A stretch of DNA of 57,236 nucleotides from contig CABMJK010000014.1 of NCBI GenBank assembly GCA_902386535.1, positions 1 to 57,236 of the forward strand, read 5' to 3'. The position numbers and the translations under genes are program-made. Positions 18,471 through 26,106 of the stretch are shown here, piece by piece. The notes beneath the pieces are model-generated. The model was not told where the DNA came from. It saw only the letters and a list, made by a program, of their open reading frames with translations, and ran no database searches. The DNA is from Candidatus Burarchaeum australiense (lineage in GTDB: Archaea > Micrarchaeota > Micrarchaeia > Burarchaeales > Burarchaeaceae). Positions within the stretch are counted from its first letter, which is position 1. Every line of letters begins with the position of its first letter.

Positions 18471-19493
18471 CTAAACCACGACTTCGCCCGGCTTTACCGC
18501 AGCCAGCACCCGCACGCCCTTGGCATTCAGGTTGCACAGCACGAGCCTGCCCGCCTTCTCGAGCGCAATAGGCTTCTCGCACGCAATTTTCGCCTTGGCA
18601 GTCTCGCCCGGCTTTATCTGGCCCTGGCACTCGAGCTTGCAGGGCTCGAACTGCAGGCCCGCACTCAAATGGTAAGCCCCGGACTCCAGCGGCGCCTTTG
18701 CAAACTTGACTGCCGAAACCTCACACTTGAAAATCTTGGCAGGCTCGACTCCTGCACCCACCCCAACTCCACCCGCGCCCGCAGCCCCACCAGCACTGCA
18801 GAATACTTCGCCCCTGCCAATCTCCTCTGCCTTCGCGCCCTTCAGCGCAATGCCCACCCTTCCCCCTGTCCCGGCCTCTTTGACATCCTGGTCGTTCATC
18901 TGTATGCTGCGCACCTCAATCTCCCTGCCCAGCGGCACGGACCTCAGCTTGTCATGCACATTCACCACGCCGCTCTTCACGATGCCGAGCGCCACCGTCC
19001 CGATGCCCTTCACCTCGAAGCAATGGTCTATCAGCACAACCGCGCCGTCAGCCTCCGCACTCCCGCCGCCCTCAGTACCACTCGCGCCCGCACCGCTCTC
19101 CTGCTCCATCAAATAATCCCTCGCCTCAGGCACGCTTGCAAAAACAGGGCTGCCCTTCAGCCCCGTATTCTCAATCAGCTTCCCAATCATCTCGTTTTCG
19201 CTGACGAAAACAGCCTTCAGCCCGAGCAAATCCAAAGCCACGATGCTCTCGCCCAGGCTCGGCGTAATCTCGTCAGCCAACACGAGCGCATGGTCCGCGA
19301 GATTAAGCGCCTGCATCATGCACGCCAGCTTCTCCGGGTAGGCGGTCGGGTCAACCGCGCTCACAATCTTGCCCTGCACCACCGTGTGATGGAAGGCCAG
19401 GTCATCCGCCGAGCCCTTCTTGCCCAGCATGGCAGCCGCAGCTGCCCTTGCCTCGGGCTTCTCGCCCAGCACCACGATGTTAAGACTTGGCAT
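18471..19493 (-). CDS. EF-Tu/SelB-like protein with degenerate G domain (EF-Tu domain-2 protein)
   Basis: A domain-II-like barrel (KGIGTVALGIVKSGVVNVHDKL...GGRVGIALKG), but the N-terminus lacks a GxxxxGK[ST] P-loop (IVVLGEKPEARAAA). It has the YPEKL motif I recall from related methanogen proteins. Confidence 0.65.
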   Translation of the reverse strand: MPSLNIVVLGEKPEARAAAAAMLGKKGSADDLAFHHTVVQGKIVSAVDPTAYPEKLACMMQALNLADHALVLADEITPSLGESIVALDLLGLKAVFVSENEMIGKLIENTGLKGSPVFASVPEARDYLMEQESGAGASGTEGGGSAEADGAVVLIDHCFEVKGIGTVALGIVKSGVVNVHDKLRSVPLGREIEVRSIQMNDQDVKEAGTGGRVGIALKGAKAEEIGRGEVFCSAGGAAGAGGVGVGAGVEPAKIFKCEVSAVKFAKAPLESGAYHLSAGLQFEPCKLECQGQIKPGETAKAKIACEKPIALEKAGRLVLCNLNAKGVRVLAAVKPGEVVV

Positions 19494-19698
19494 TTTTCAT
19501 CCCTCTGATTCAGCAGGCTACTTGCTGCACCTAACCAATATAATGTTAACCCGCGGCGGGAAAGGAAGTCACTCGCACCCTACTCTCGGTCGGTTTAAAA
19601 GCCTATCTTCAGACGTTAAGTTATGAACGAACACGCCGCATCGGTCAATACAAATGTTTATAAACTTATACCAATTAACTATCAACTAGTATCAAAAG

Positions 19699-19992
19699 GT
19701 GATTACTTTGGCATCTGCAACCCAAAACTACGAAATGGCGCATGCACCCACGCTGAAGACGATTCTGATGGTGGAGAAGGTGCTGACCAAGATGGACGAA
19801 AGCGTAATTACAATAGCACAGCTCAAGAGGCGTCTGCCCAAGCAGGTGAACCACAACACGCTGATGGTGATACTGGACTACCTGGACAAAAGCAACAAGA
19901 TAGCCTTCGGCCCGCGCGGCATAACCTGGATGTACAACCCCAAGATGGCCAGGTACGTGAAGCGCTACGGCGTGGCCCTGGAAGATTTGTAA
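19699..19992 (+). CDS. small winged-helix-like DNA-binding protein (possible antitoxin/regulator)
   Basis: 97 aa (or 85 aa from Met13). ITIAQLKRRLPKQVNHNTLMVILDYLDKSNKIAF is wHTH-like. Its stop abuts the RelE-like region. Confidence 0.55.
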   Translation: MITLASATQNYEMAHAPTLKTILMVEKVLTKMDESVITIAQLKRRLPKQVNHNTLMVILDYLDKSNKIAFGPRGITWMYNPKMARYVKRYGVALEDL

Positions 19993-20060
19993 CCGTTCGT
20001 CTCTCTCCGGAAGCAACCGAAGCCTACAGGCACCTGAAAGAGCGCGCAGTCGTTTCCAAG

Positions 20061-20330
20061 ATGGAACGGGCAATCCTGAAATCTGTAGACTACAAATGCG
20101 AACTCTTGAAGGTCAACTTTCATTACGGCAAGCCCATCGGCAAGGCCAAGATACCTGCCTCATATGTGCTGAAGAGCAATGCCACCAACCTCTTCCACGT
20201 GGAGCTCGCAAACCGCTGGCGCATGCAGTATTCAACTTTTGAGGGCGACATGGGTGAAGTGATAGTCTATATACAGGATATTTCCTCACATCCTGATTAT
20301 GACAAGAAGTTCAAATACCGCAGCAGATAA
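20061..20330 (+). CDS. RelE/ParE-superfamily toxin-like protein (similarity extends upstream to about 19990 with no start codon)
   Basis: LFHVELANRWRMQYSTFEGD..VIVYIQDISSHPDYDKKF resembles the RelE/ParE C-terminal core. 20061 is the first in-frame ATG. Confidence 0.45.
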   Translation: MERAILKSVDYKCELLKVNFHYGKPIGKAKIPASYVLKSNATNLFHVELANRWRMQYSTFEGDMGEVIVYIQDISSHPDYDKKFKYRSR

Positions 20331-20348
20331 GCCCGCCCCCCTAAAACC

Positions 20349-20356
20349 TTTATATC
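20349..20356 (+). promoter_or_regulatory. TATA-box candidate for nop5 (leaderless spacing)
   Basis: TTTATATC lies 24 nt upstream of the ATG at 20380. Confidence 0.4.
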
Positions 20357-20379
20357 TCTCACCCCTCCTAACTCACTCC

Positions 20380-21354
20380 ATGTTCAACAAAAGGCGCGAT
20401 TTCCTTGCAGACGCACGGGCGGGCATAAAGGAGGCCCACGCCTCGCGCGACATGCTGCTCTCGCACACCGTGAAGGCAATCTTCGAGGTGAACAGGGCGG
20501 CCAACCTGCTCTACGAGACGCTTACCGAATGGTACGGCCTCTACTTCCCGGAGCTCCGCGTCTCCGAGCCGGCCACGTTTGCCAAGCTGGTGCAGCTCAT
20601 CAACCGCGAGGACCTCAAGGCTTCCGACCTCTCGCCCCTGGTGGGCGACCAGAAGGCGCGGGAGCTGGAGGGCAAGGCGCGCACCTCGATGGGCGCGGCC
20701 CTCAAGACCGCGGACCTGGCCGAGCTCACCAAGCTGGCCCGCAAGCTCGAGGAGCTCTACGTCTACCGCGCCTCGCTGGAGGAATACCAGGCCGCGCTGG
20801 CCAATGAAATAGCCCCCAACCTCTCGCTTTTAGCAGGCCCGGAACTTGCAGCCAATCTGATAGCCCGTGCCGGCTCCCTGCGCAAGCTCGCGTTCATGCC
20901 CGCCTCCACTATTCAGGTTCTCGGAGCTGAGAAGGCGCTCTTCAAGCACCTGAAGAAGCACACCAAGCCGCCCAAGCACGGCCTGATTTTCCAGCACGTC
21001 TCCATCTCGATGGCCCCCATAAAGCAGCGCGGCAGGATTGCCCGTGCGCTCTCAACCAAGCTGGCCATCTGCTCCAAGGCCGATGCCTTCACAAGAAACC
21101 CGATTGGCGCGAAGCTGAAGGAAGAGTTCGATGCGAGGCTGAAGGCCATTCAGAATGCGCCGGTGAGGCCTCCCTCTTTCTGCCCGAAGCAGAAAGGGGC
21201 GCCTTTCCCTGCGGGGAAAGTGCCGTCCTCTTCTCCATCCGCTCCAACCACAACCTCAAGGCCCGCGGGCCCGAGCGGTTCGTATGGAAAGCCCGGGCCG
21301 TCTGGAACGCCGGGAAAGCCGGGGTTTTCGGGAAGGGGTGAGAGGAGAGGGTGA
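20380..21354 (+). CDS. nop5: Nop5 (Nop56/58) C/D box sRNP core protein
   Basis: NOSIC/Nop domain: LYETLTEWYGLYFPEL, QVLGAEKALFKHLKKHTKPPKHGLIFQH. Gly/Pro/Ser-rich RG tail. The ORF-track start at 20299 overlaps the upstream gene, so the Met at 20380 is preferred. Confidence 0.9.
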   Translation: MFNKRRDFLADARAGIKEAHASRDMLLSHTVKAIFEVNRAANLLYETLTEWYGLYFPELRVSEPATFAKLVQLINREDLKASDLSPLVGDQKARELEGKARTSMGAALKTADLAELTKLARKLEELYVYRASLEEYQAALANEIAPNLSLLAGPELAANLIARAGSLRKLAFMPASTIQVLGAEKALFKHLKKHTKPPKHGLIFQHVSISMAPIKQRGRIARALSTKLAICSKADAFTRNPIGAKLKEEFDARLKAIQNAPVRPPSFCPKQKGAPFPAGKVPSSSPSAPTTTSRPAGPSGSYGKPGPSGTPGKPGFSGRGERRG

Positions 21355-21376
21355 AAAGACGAGACGAGGTTGACGA

Positions 21377-21856
21377 ATGCCCACCTATACTTCAAAGGGC
21401 CATTTCGATTGGAACACTTCTGAAATAGCTAAGGCACTAAAGATAAAGGAAGCGGACGTCAAAGAATATTTTACTGATGGACGTCGGGTTTCATTCTTAT
21501 TGGAAAGACGGCTTGCATACGAAATTTTGAAAGGTTCAGTTGCCCTCAGTGAAGGTGCTGGGTTTGATATTTTGGATCCACAAGGAGGTAAATGGGAAGC
21601 AAGAAGCATCAGTAAAGATGGCGTGTATTTCTGTCCAAGCTATATGGTGGGTTCTGGGCGTCACTTCAATAAATCTGGCTTTCTGAGAAAACTTCACGAA
21701 ATTAAAGGATATGCTCTCTCAGATATCACTTCTTTTCCTTTAGTTCCATTTTGGTTCGTTACTACCTCACAAGTTCTTGCATGGTGGAAGGCACGTAAAC
21801 TAGGTTCTACTTCTAAAATATCCAGAGAAAAAGCCTTAGCACTCCTAAGTGAATAG
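21377..21856 (+). CDS. candidate type II restriction endonuclease (PD-(D/E)XK-like, PvuII-like size and motif)
   Basis: 159 aa, convergent with the methyltransferase and 3 nt from it. GFDILDPQGGKWEARS aligns by eye with my memory of the R.PvuII catalytic region NDAVDNAGQEYELKS (D..D..G...E.[KR]S). Confidence 0.45.
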   Translation: MPTYTSKGHFDWNTSEIAKALKIKEADVKEYFTDGRRVSFLLERRLAYEILKGSVALSEGAGFDILDPQGGKWEARSISKDGVYFCPSYMVGSGRHFNKSGFLRKLHEIKGYALSDITSFPLVPFWFVTTSQVLAWWKARKLGSTSKISREKALALLSE

Positions 21857-21859
21857 AAT

Positions 21860-22744
21860 TTATCCCTCTATTTCTATAGCTGTTTCTAGTGGCTGGAGCT
21901 TCATCTGATGTTTCTGACTTCTTATTCTTTCTTCAGCAATTCGAACGTAACTCTCATCAATATCCGTTCCAATATATTTTACTCCCAGTTCTGTACATGC
22001 AAGTGCCGTTGTTCCTATTCCTATAAATGGGTCGTACACGACAAGATCTTTTCTAACGCCGTGCAATTTTATGCACATGTAGGGCAATTTTTCTGGGAAC
22101 GTAGCTGGATGTGGCCTGCTCTCTTGTATTGTTTCATAAGGGATAAACCATATGTCGCCCCTGTCTCGCACATCCTTCTTTATACCCCATCTTTCTATGT
22201 TAGTTTTGTCTTGATATGGAACGCCCACAGATAACTTGTCTAGCTCGGTTTCTCCGCTCTTTGTGAAGTGGAAAATATTCTCATGACAGTTGTTCAGAAA
22301 GCGCCGGCTCTGAATTGGCTTATAGTGGCCTACCATTACATCGTTTTTCAACCCATTGCTTTTGCCTACATCATCCTTTGTAATGGCTATTGACTTTACC
22401 CAAATTATGTCGTTTTGCAATATATAGTGCTTCCTGAACCTATTTTCAACATCGTATGGAATCGCCAAATCCGAAGGTTTACCGCCTACATTGAGGAAGA
22501 ATGAACCATCTTTTTTCAAAACTCGCTTGCTTTCTATTGCAACCTGTTCCATCCAGGTCAGGTATTCTAGTCTTGTTTTATCGTCTTTATAGACGCTATA
22601 ATCTTTGCCAATATTGTACGGTGGAGACGTTACTATAATATCTATGGACTCGGCAGGCAATTCTTTCATAAACTGAACGCAGTCTTTCACGTAAAGCTTG
22701 TTCAGAAATTTGTCGTTTAACACTTTTCTACGCCCCATTGTCAT
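21860..22744 (-). CDS. DNA methyltransferase, beta class (SPPY; probably N4-cytosine, possibly N6-adenine)
   Basis: Motif [13 protein letters not shown] lies near the N-terminus and motif [13 protein letters not shown] near the C-terminus. This is the beta-class permutation. Confidence 0.9.
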   Translation of the reverse strand: MTMGRRKVLNDKFLNKLYVKDCVQFMKELPAESIDIIVTSPPYNIGKDYSVYKDDKTRLEYLTWMEQVAIESKRVLKKDGSFFLNVGGKPSDLAIPYDVENRFRKHYILQNDIIWVKSIAITKDDVGKSNGLKNDVMVGHYKPIQSRRFLNNCHENIFHFTKSGETELDKLSVGVPYQDKTNIERWGIKKDVRDRGDIWFIPYETIQESRPHPATFPEKLPYMCIKLHGVRKDLVVYDPFIGIGTTALACTELGVKYIGTDIDESYVRIAEERIRSQKHQMKLQPLETAIEIEG

Positions 22745-22817
22745 CTATCCTCTATAGCTGAAGTATTTAAAAGTCTCCTAGGGTGGGGCGCGAGTGACTT
22801 TGCAATAAATTTACGCC

Positions 22818-23537
22818 CTATTCAGAAACTCGCTCCTCTAATCGTTTTATCATATCGAATATGTTCTGAAGTTGCATATCTTCCAGTTCTTTTCTATTTT
22901 TTACAATATGATAAAGTGAATGCGTCTTATCATTTGCATCATCTTTAAATTTATTTGTAACTGTAACTATCCTTTCAACCAATTTTCGTTCTGGCCCGAA
23001 GTCGGCAGTCCGTTTGTTAAACACTTCGAGTATTTCTGAAAAATCCCTATGTCTCCCCCGATTCTTATCAAAATATAGCTGAATACCTCTGTCCTTTTCT
23101 GTTCGATATTTTACTCTTAGAATTTCTATTAGGGCATTTTCGATTACTTTTCTACACAAAACTAGTGCTGCAGTACAGCAATTGTGCGTATAAGCGCGAT
23201 TTATTTCCTCTACGTGTGCTTTTACAAATGGATCCTCGCTGGGATATCTTATAAACTCTGTAATTTTTACAGTCGTTCTCCTCCCACGCGCTTTCTGTTT
23301 AATTATCACTTTTTCCTCTTGTAATTCGAAAGTTGACGGTAAACTTGTCCTATCCTCTTTATCGAGCATTCTTAAAACACTAAGTCCTTTGCTACGTGCA
23401 TAAATCTGTCCTACTGCATTTTTGGTACAATGTGGATGATTTTTTACGAGTAAATATATGTTCGTTCTAACCGTATTTTCTCCAATATCTAATTTTCTTG
23501 AGAGATATTTCACTATTTTGTCATCTAATTTTTTCAT
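22818..23537 (-). CDS. DUF4145-like helical-domain protein with N-terminal HTH-like segment
   Basis: NCCTAALVLCRKVIENALIEIL ... NKFKDDANDKTHS fits the pattern I recall for DUF4145 (A..R..lE..l ... GN.aaH). It is the last gene of the HTH operon. Confidence 0.5.
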   Translation of the reverse strand: MKKLDDKIVKYLSRKLDIGENTVRTNIYLLVKNHPHCTKNAVGQIYARSKGLSVLRMLDKEDRTSLPSTFELQEEKVIIKQKARGRRTTVKITEFIRYPSEDPFVKAHVEEINRAYTHNCCTAALVLCRKVIENALIEILRVKYRTEKDRGIQLYFDKNRGRHRDFSEILEVFNKRTADFGPERKLVERIVTVTNKFKDDANDKTHSLYHIVKNRKELEDMQLQNIFDMIKRLEERVSE

Positions 23538-23548
23538 TTATATGACCT

Positions 23549-23749
23549 TCATTTTTTCTTTAGCCCTTTTATGGGGAGTATAGAATATATCCTGCTCCTT
23601 TTCATTCCGATGATATCCGAAAATATTTCTGGTTTTGCACCTTCCTGTATTAGGCGACATAATAGTAGTCTATTCGTAATCCGTAATTCTTTTAGAAGAG
23701 TTCCTACTGGGTCCTCAGTTCCTTTTCCTATTTCAGTTGTTTTCGCCAT
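23549..23749 (-). CDS. small HTH protein, paralog 4 (most divergent)
   Basis: 66 aa. LLKELRITNRLL...GAKPEIFSDIIGMKRSRIYSIL. Its start codon directly abuts the stop of paralog 3 (TAGATG). Confidence 0.55.
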   Translation of the reverse strand: MAKTTEIGKGTEDPVGTLLKELRITNRLLLCRLIQEGAKPEIFSDIIGMKRSRIYSILPIKGLKKK

Positions 23750-23977
23750 CTACCCACCTCTTTTTTTATTCTTGAGCGTCTTCTTTCTACACAAATATGA
23801 TGTTATACTATTCACTGGTTTACCAAGCAAACGAGCTATCTCTGCAGGCCTAAACCCAATGTTGCTCAGGGCATGAGTCGCTTGCATCGTATTCATTTCT
23901 CTTACTTGTTGCATAGCTAGAAGTTTCAGTATGGAATCTAATTTCTCCGTTATTTCGTGAAACTGCTTTTCTTCCAT
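23750..23977 (-). CDS. small HTH protein, paralog 3
   Basis: 75 aa. KLDSILKLL...LSNIGFRPAEIARLLGKPVNSITSYL. TGAATG junction with paralog 2. Confidence 0.65.
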   Translation of the reverse strand: MEEKQFHEITEKLDSILKLLAMQQVREMNTMQATHALSNIGFRPAEIARLLGKPVNSITSYLCRKKTLKNKKRGG

Positions 23978-24190
23978 TCAATCACCTTTTTGTTTATTCT
24001 TTAATTTCGTCATAATAACGCTGATATGATTAGGTGTCTTTCCTAATATGGCTGCCATATCTCTTGGTTTTAAACCAACTGAAGATAAAATTACAACTTG
24101 CTCTCTGAGTGTTTTCTCTTTGACTACGTTTGCCGCCGTCAATCTGATCAATATATCTAACTTTTCAAGCATTTCAGAATCCAGGCTCAT
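23978..24190 (-). CDS. small HTH protein, paralog 2
   Basis: 70 aa. KLDILIRL...LSSVGLKPRDMAAILGKTPNHISVIM. TGAATG junction with paralog 1. Confidence 0.65.
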   Translation of the reverse strand: MSLDSEMLEKLDILIRLTAANVVKEKTLREQVVILSSVGLKPRDMAAILGKTPNHISVIMTKLKNKQKGD

Positions 24191-24427
24191 TCACTCACCC
24201 CCCTTTCTTATATTGTGCAGCTCACTAGCGATATATCCTCTACTTTTTCCTAGGATCTTAGCTATCTCAGCATCGCGAAGCCCAACTTTATTCAGGGCGG
24301 ATATTATCTCACGAGTTGTCACGTCTTCTCGTGCCTGCTCTTGTCTTACAAGCAAACACAAGATGGCATCAAGCCTAGTTAGTATCGCTTCACTGTCTTT
24401 ATCATTATTATCCATAATTACTCCCAA
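24191..24427 (-). CDS. small HTH protein, paralog 1
   Basis: 78 aa. RLDAILCLL...LNKVGLRDAEIAKILGKSRGYIASEL. Confidence 0.65.
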   Translation of the reverse strand: MGVIMDNNDKDSEAILTRLDAILCLLVRQEQAREDVTTREIISALNKVGLRDAEIAKILGKSRGYIASELHNIRKGGE

Positions 24428-24446
24428 GAATCTTTCAACGAGAAGA

Positions 24447-24454
24447 TATTTAAA
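24447..24454 (-). promoter_or_regulatory. TATA-box candidate for the HTH/DUF4145 operon
   Basis: Minus-strand TTTAAATA lies about 20 nt upstream of the ATG at 24427. Confidence 0.4.
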
Positions 24455-24613
24455 TCTATTGTAAGGTTTTTTGTTATTTTTCTAACTCTTACCTCGCTCA
24501 AAATCTTATCTCAAACCAAGTATTATCATCTAATTTGGCTGCTTCTCAAGACGACCTCTCCAAACCTCCTTAACACAACATCTGCCTTCCACTCCCGCCC
24601 CATACCTCGCCCC

Positions 24614-25423
24614 CTAATTCCCCTGCATCGTCCCATTCCCCGTTCCAACCATCCAATCACTCTCGTTCAGCCAATCCGCATCCACCGTCTTCGCAAAATG
24701 CACTTCCACGACCCCTTCGCGCTCGAGCTTCTGGAGCTCGGGATACTCGTAGGTGTAGAATATGCGGTCGGGCTTCGCGCCCTGCACAAAGCACCAGACT
24801 TCAACCTTCTTCCCCGTCGCCTTCTTTATCAGCTCGGCCATGTCGGCATAGCGCACGGAATAGACGCCCCAGATGGCATCTGCCTGCGCAAAGGTGACCG
24901 GGTGGGGGTCGACATAGGAAACCCCGTAAATCACGGCACCTCCGGGCGAGGCCCTTTCGTACCAGTGCTCCCTCGCGTTCATCTCGACATAGGCGGGATA
25001 TTGCAGGGAAGACTGCGCGCCCTCGTCCCATATTGCCCTCTGCGCGAAGTTGCTGAAGGAAGCGTAGGAATTGACGGAGTCCAGCAGCCTGACAAGGCTC
25101 CCGTGGTTGCCTGCGCCCGACCAGAAGCCCATGTGCACCTGCGTGCCCGACTGGTTGAGCAGGGGCTCAAAGGCAACCGCCTGGGCGAAGAGCACGTCTG
25201 TGAAGTTAGAAGAGGAAAGCTCGGCCAGCTTTACGGCCGGGTCCGTGAAGCGCGGCCCGGTTTCCTGCGCAGCACAGGTGGGACAAGCAGGCGGCGGAAG
25301 CAGGGCATAAACGAGCAGGAGCGCAACTGCCAATAAGAAAAGAACCTGACCAATCTTCTTCAGGGTTTTGGCTTCCATTGCCTTCCTATTTGATGTAAAC
25401 CTTTTTATACCTCCCAAATCCAT
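24614..25423 (-). CDS. membrane-anchored hypothetical protein
   Basis: 269-aa ORF with one N-terminal TM helix (VLFLLAVALLLVYALL). No recognised motif. Confidence 0.55.
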   Translation of the reverse strand: MDLGGIKRFTSNRKAMEAKTLKKIGQVLFLLAVALLLVYALLPPPACPTCAAQETGPRFTDPAVKLAELSSSNFTDVLFAQAVAFEPLLNQSGTQVHMGFWSGAGNHGSLVRLLDSVNSYASFSNFAQRAIWDEGAQSSLQYPAYVEMNAREHWYERASPGGAVIYGVSYVDPHPVTFAQADAIWGVYSVRYADMAELIKKATGKKVEVWCFVQGAKPDRIFYTYEYPELQKLEREGVVEVHFAKTVDADWLNESDWMVGTGNGTMQGN

Positions 25424-25431
25424 CTAAATCC

Positions 25432-25659
25432 ATGAAGTCTTTGGGCCTTACAGCCGTAATCTGGAAGGAAGGAAAGCACTATGTCTCGCTCTGTCCTCAG
25501 ATCGACGTTTCGAGCTTCGGCTTAACCAAGGCCGAGGCGATGGAGAACCTGAAAGAAGCAGCCTCCCTCTATCTTGAGGCCGCCAAGCAGCTCAAGCTGC
25601 CGCTGCCTGCCAAGGCATCTTATAAGAAACTAGTTCTGCCTCTGAAACTGGCTCAATAG
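25432..25659 (+). CDS. hicB: HicB-family antitoxin (UPF0150-like)
   Basis: 75 aa. VIWKEGKHYVSLCPQIDVSSFGLTKAEAMENLKEAASLYLE is the typical HicB N-terminal fold signature. Confidence 0.75.
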   Translation: MKSLGLTAVIWKEGKHYVSLCPQIDVSSFGLTKAEAMENLKEAASLYLEAAKQLKLPLPAKASYKKLVLPLKLAQ

Positions 25660-25669
25660 GGGCGGTCCA

Positions 25670-25905
25670 ATGCCGGGCCTGCGGAACATAACTTCGAAGC
25701 AAATAGCCGCTTTCCTCAAATCAAAAAATTTCTCCGAGTTCAGGCAGAAGGGCAGCACCTGATATTCGTTTCCGCTGACAGGAAGCGCCTTGCAGTCGTG
25801 CCCATGCACGGAGTCAATGGCGTGCCAATCGGCACTATTCTTTCAATTCTTCGCTCAGCTTGCCTATCAAGAAAGGAGCTCGAGGAATTTTTGGGAAGAA
25901 AATAG
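25670..25905 (+). pseudogene. hicA: HicA toxin, frameshifted (1-nt loss at about 25756)
   Basis: Frame 1 reads MPGLRNITSKQIAAFLKSKNFSEFRQKGST*, with the stop at 25760. The next frame continues HLIFVSADRKRLAVVPMHGVNGVPIGTILSILRSACLSRKELEEFLGRK*. Restoring one C gives the canonical GSH motif. Confidence 0.65.
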
Positions 25906-26106
25906 GCTCTTTGTGCCATAGCCTCCTCCTTGGCACTTTCCTTCCCTAAAACTTGAGGCGCCGGGCCTTCTTGCCTTCCATTTTCTGGTATTTGGTCCTG
26001 AATTTTGACTTTACCATGCACATCACCCACCGCATCCCTATTCCCTGCCAAACTTATTAAGTAGCTAACGGCTTGCTTCTTTTCGACGTCGTCACTTCCT
26101 GACCTT

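Larger units (their letters stand above)
21377..24545. other. AT-rich genomic island (R-M plus DUF4145-like plus 4x HTH), candidate defence island
   Basis: Hand counts of single 60-nt lines give about 27-45% G+C inside, against about 67% in nop5 just upstream. All seven ORFs are accessory-type. Confidence 0.6.

Noticed and set aside
17102-18571. 489-aa ORF antisense to glyS
   Set aside because: Shadow ORF. glyS on the minus strand has unmistakable class II synthetase motifs.
19623-19990. 5' part of track ORF 19623..20330
   Set aside because: It overlaps the well-formed wHTH ORF in another frame and reads as low-complexity junk. Only the 3' third looks like a real (RelE/ParE-like) domain.
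25740-26051. 103-aa minus-strand ORF
   Set aside because: Its 3' half is antisense to the recognisable (frameshifted) hicA. The remaining sequence has no motifs.
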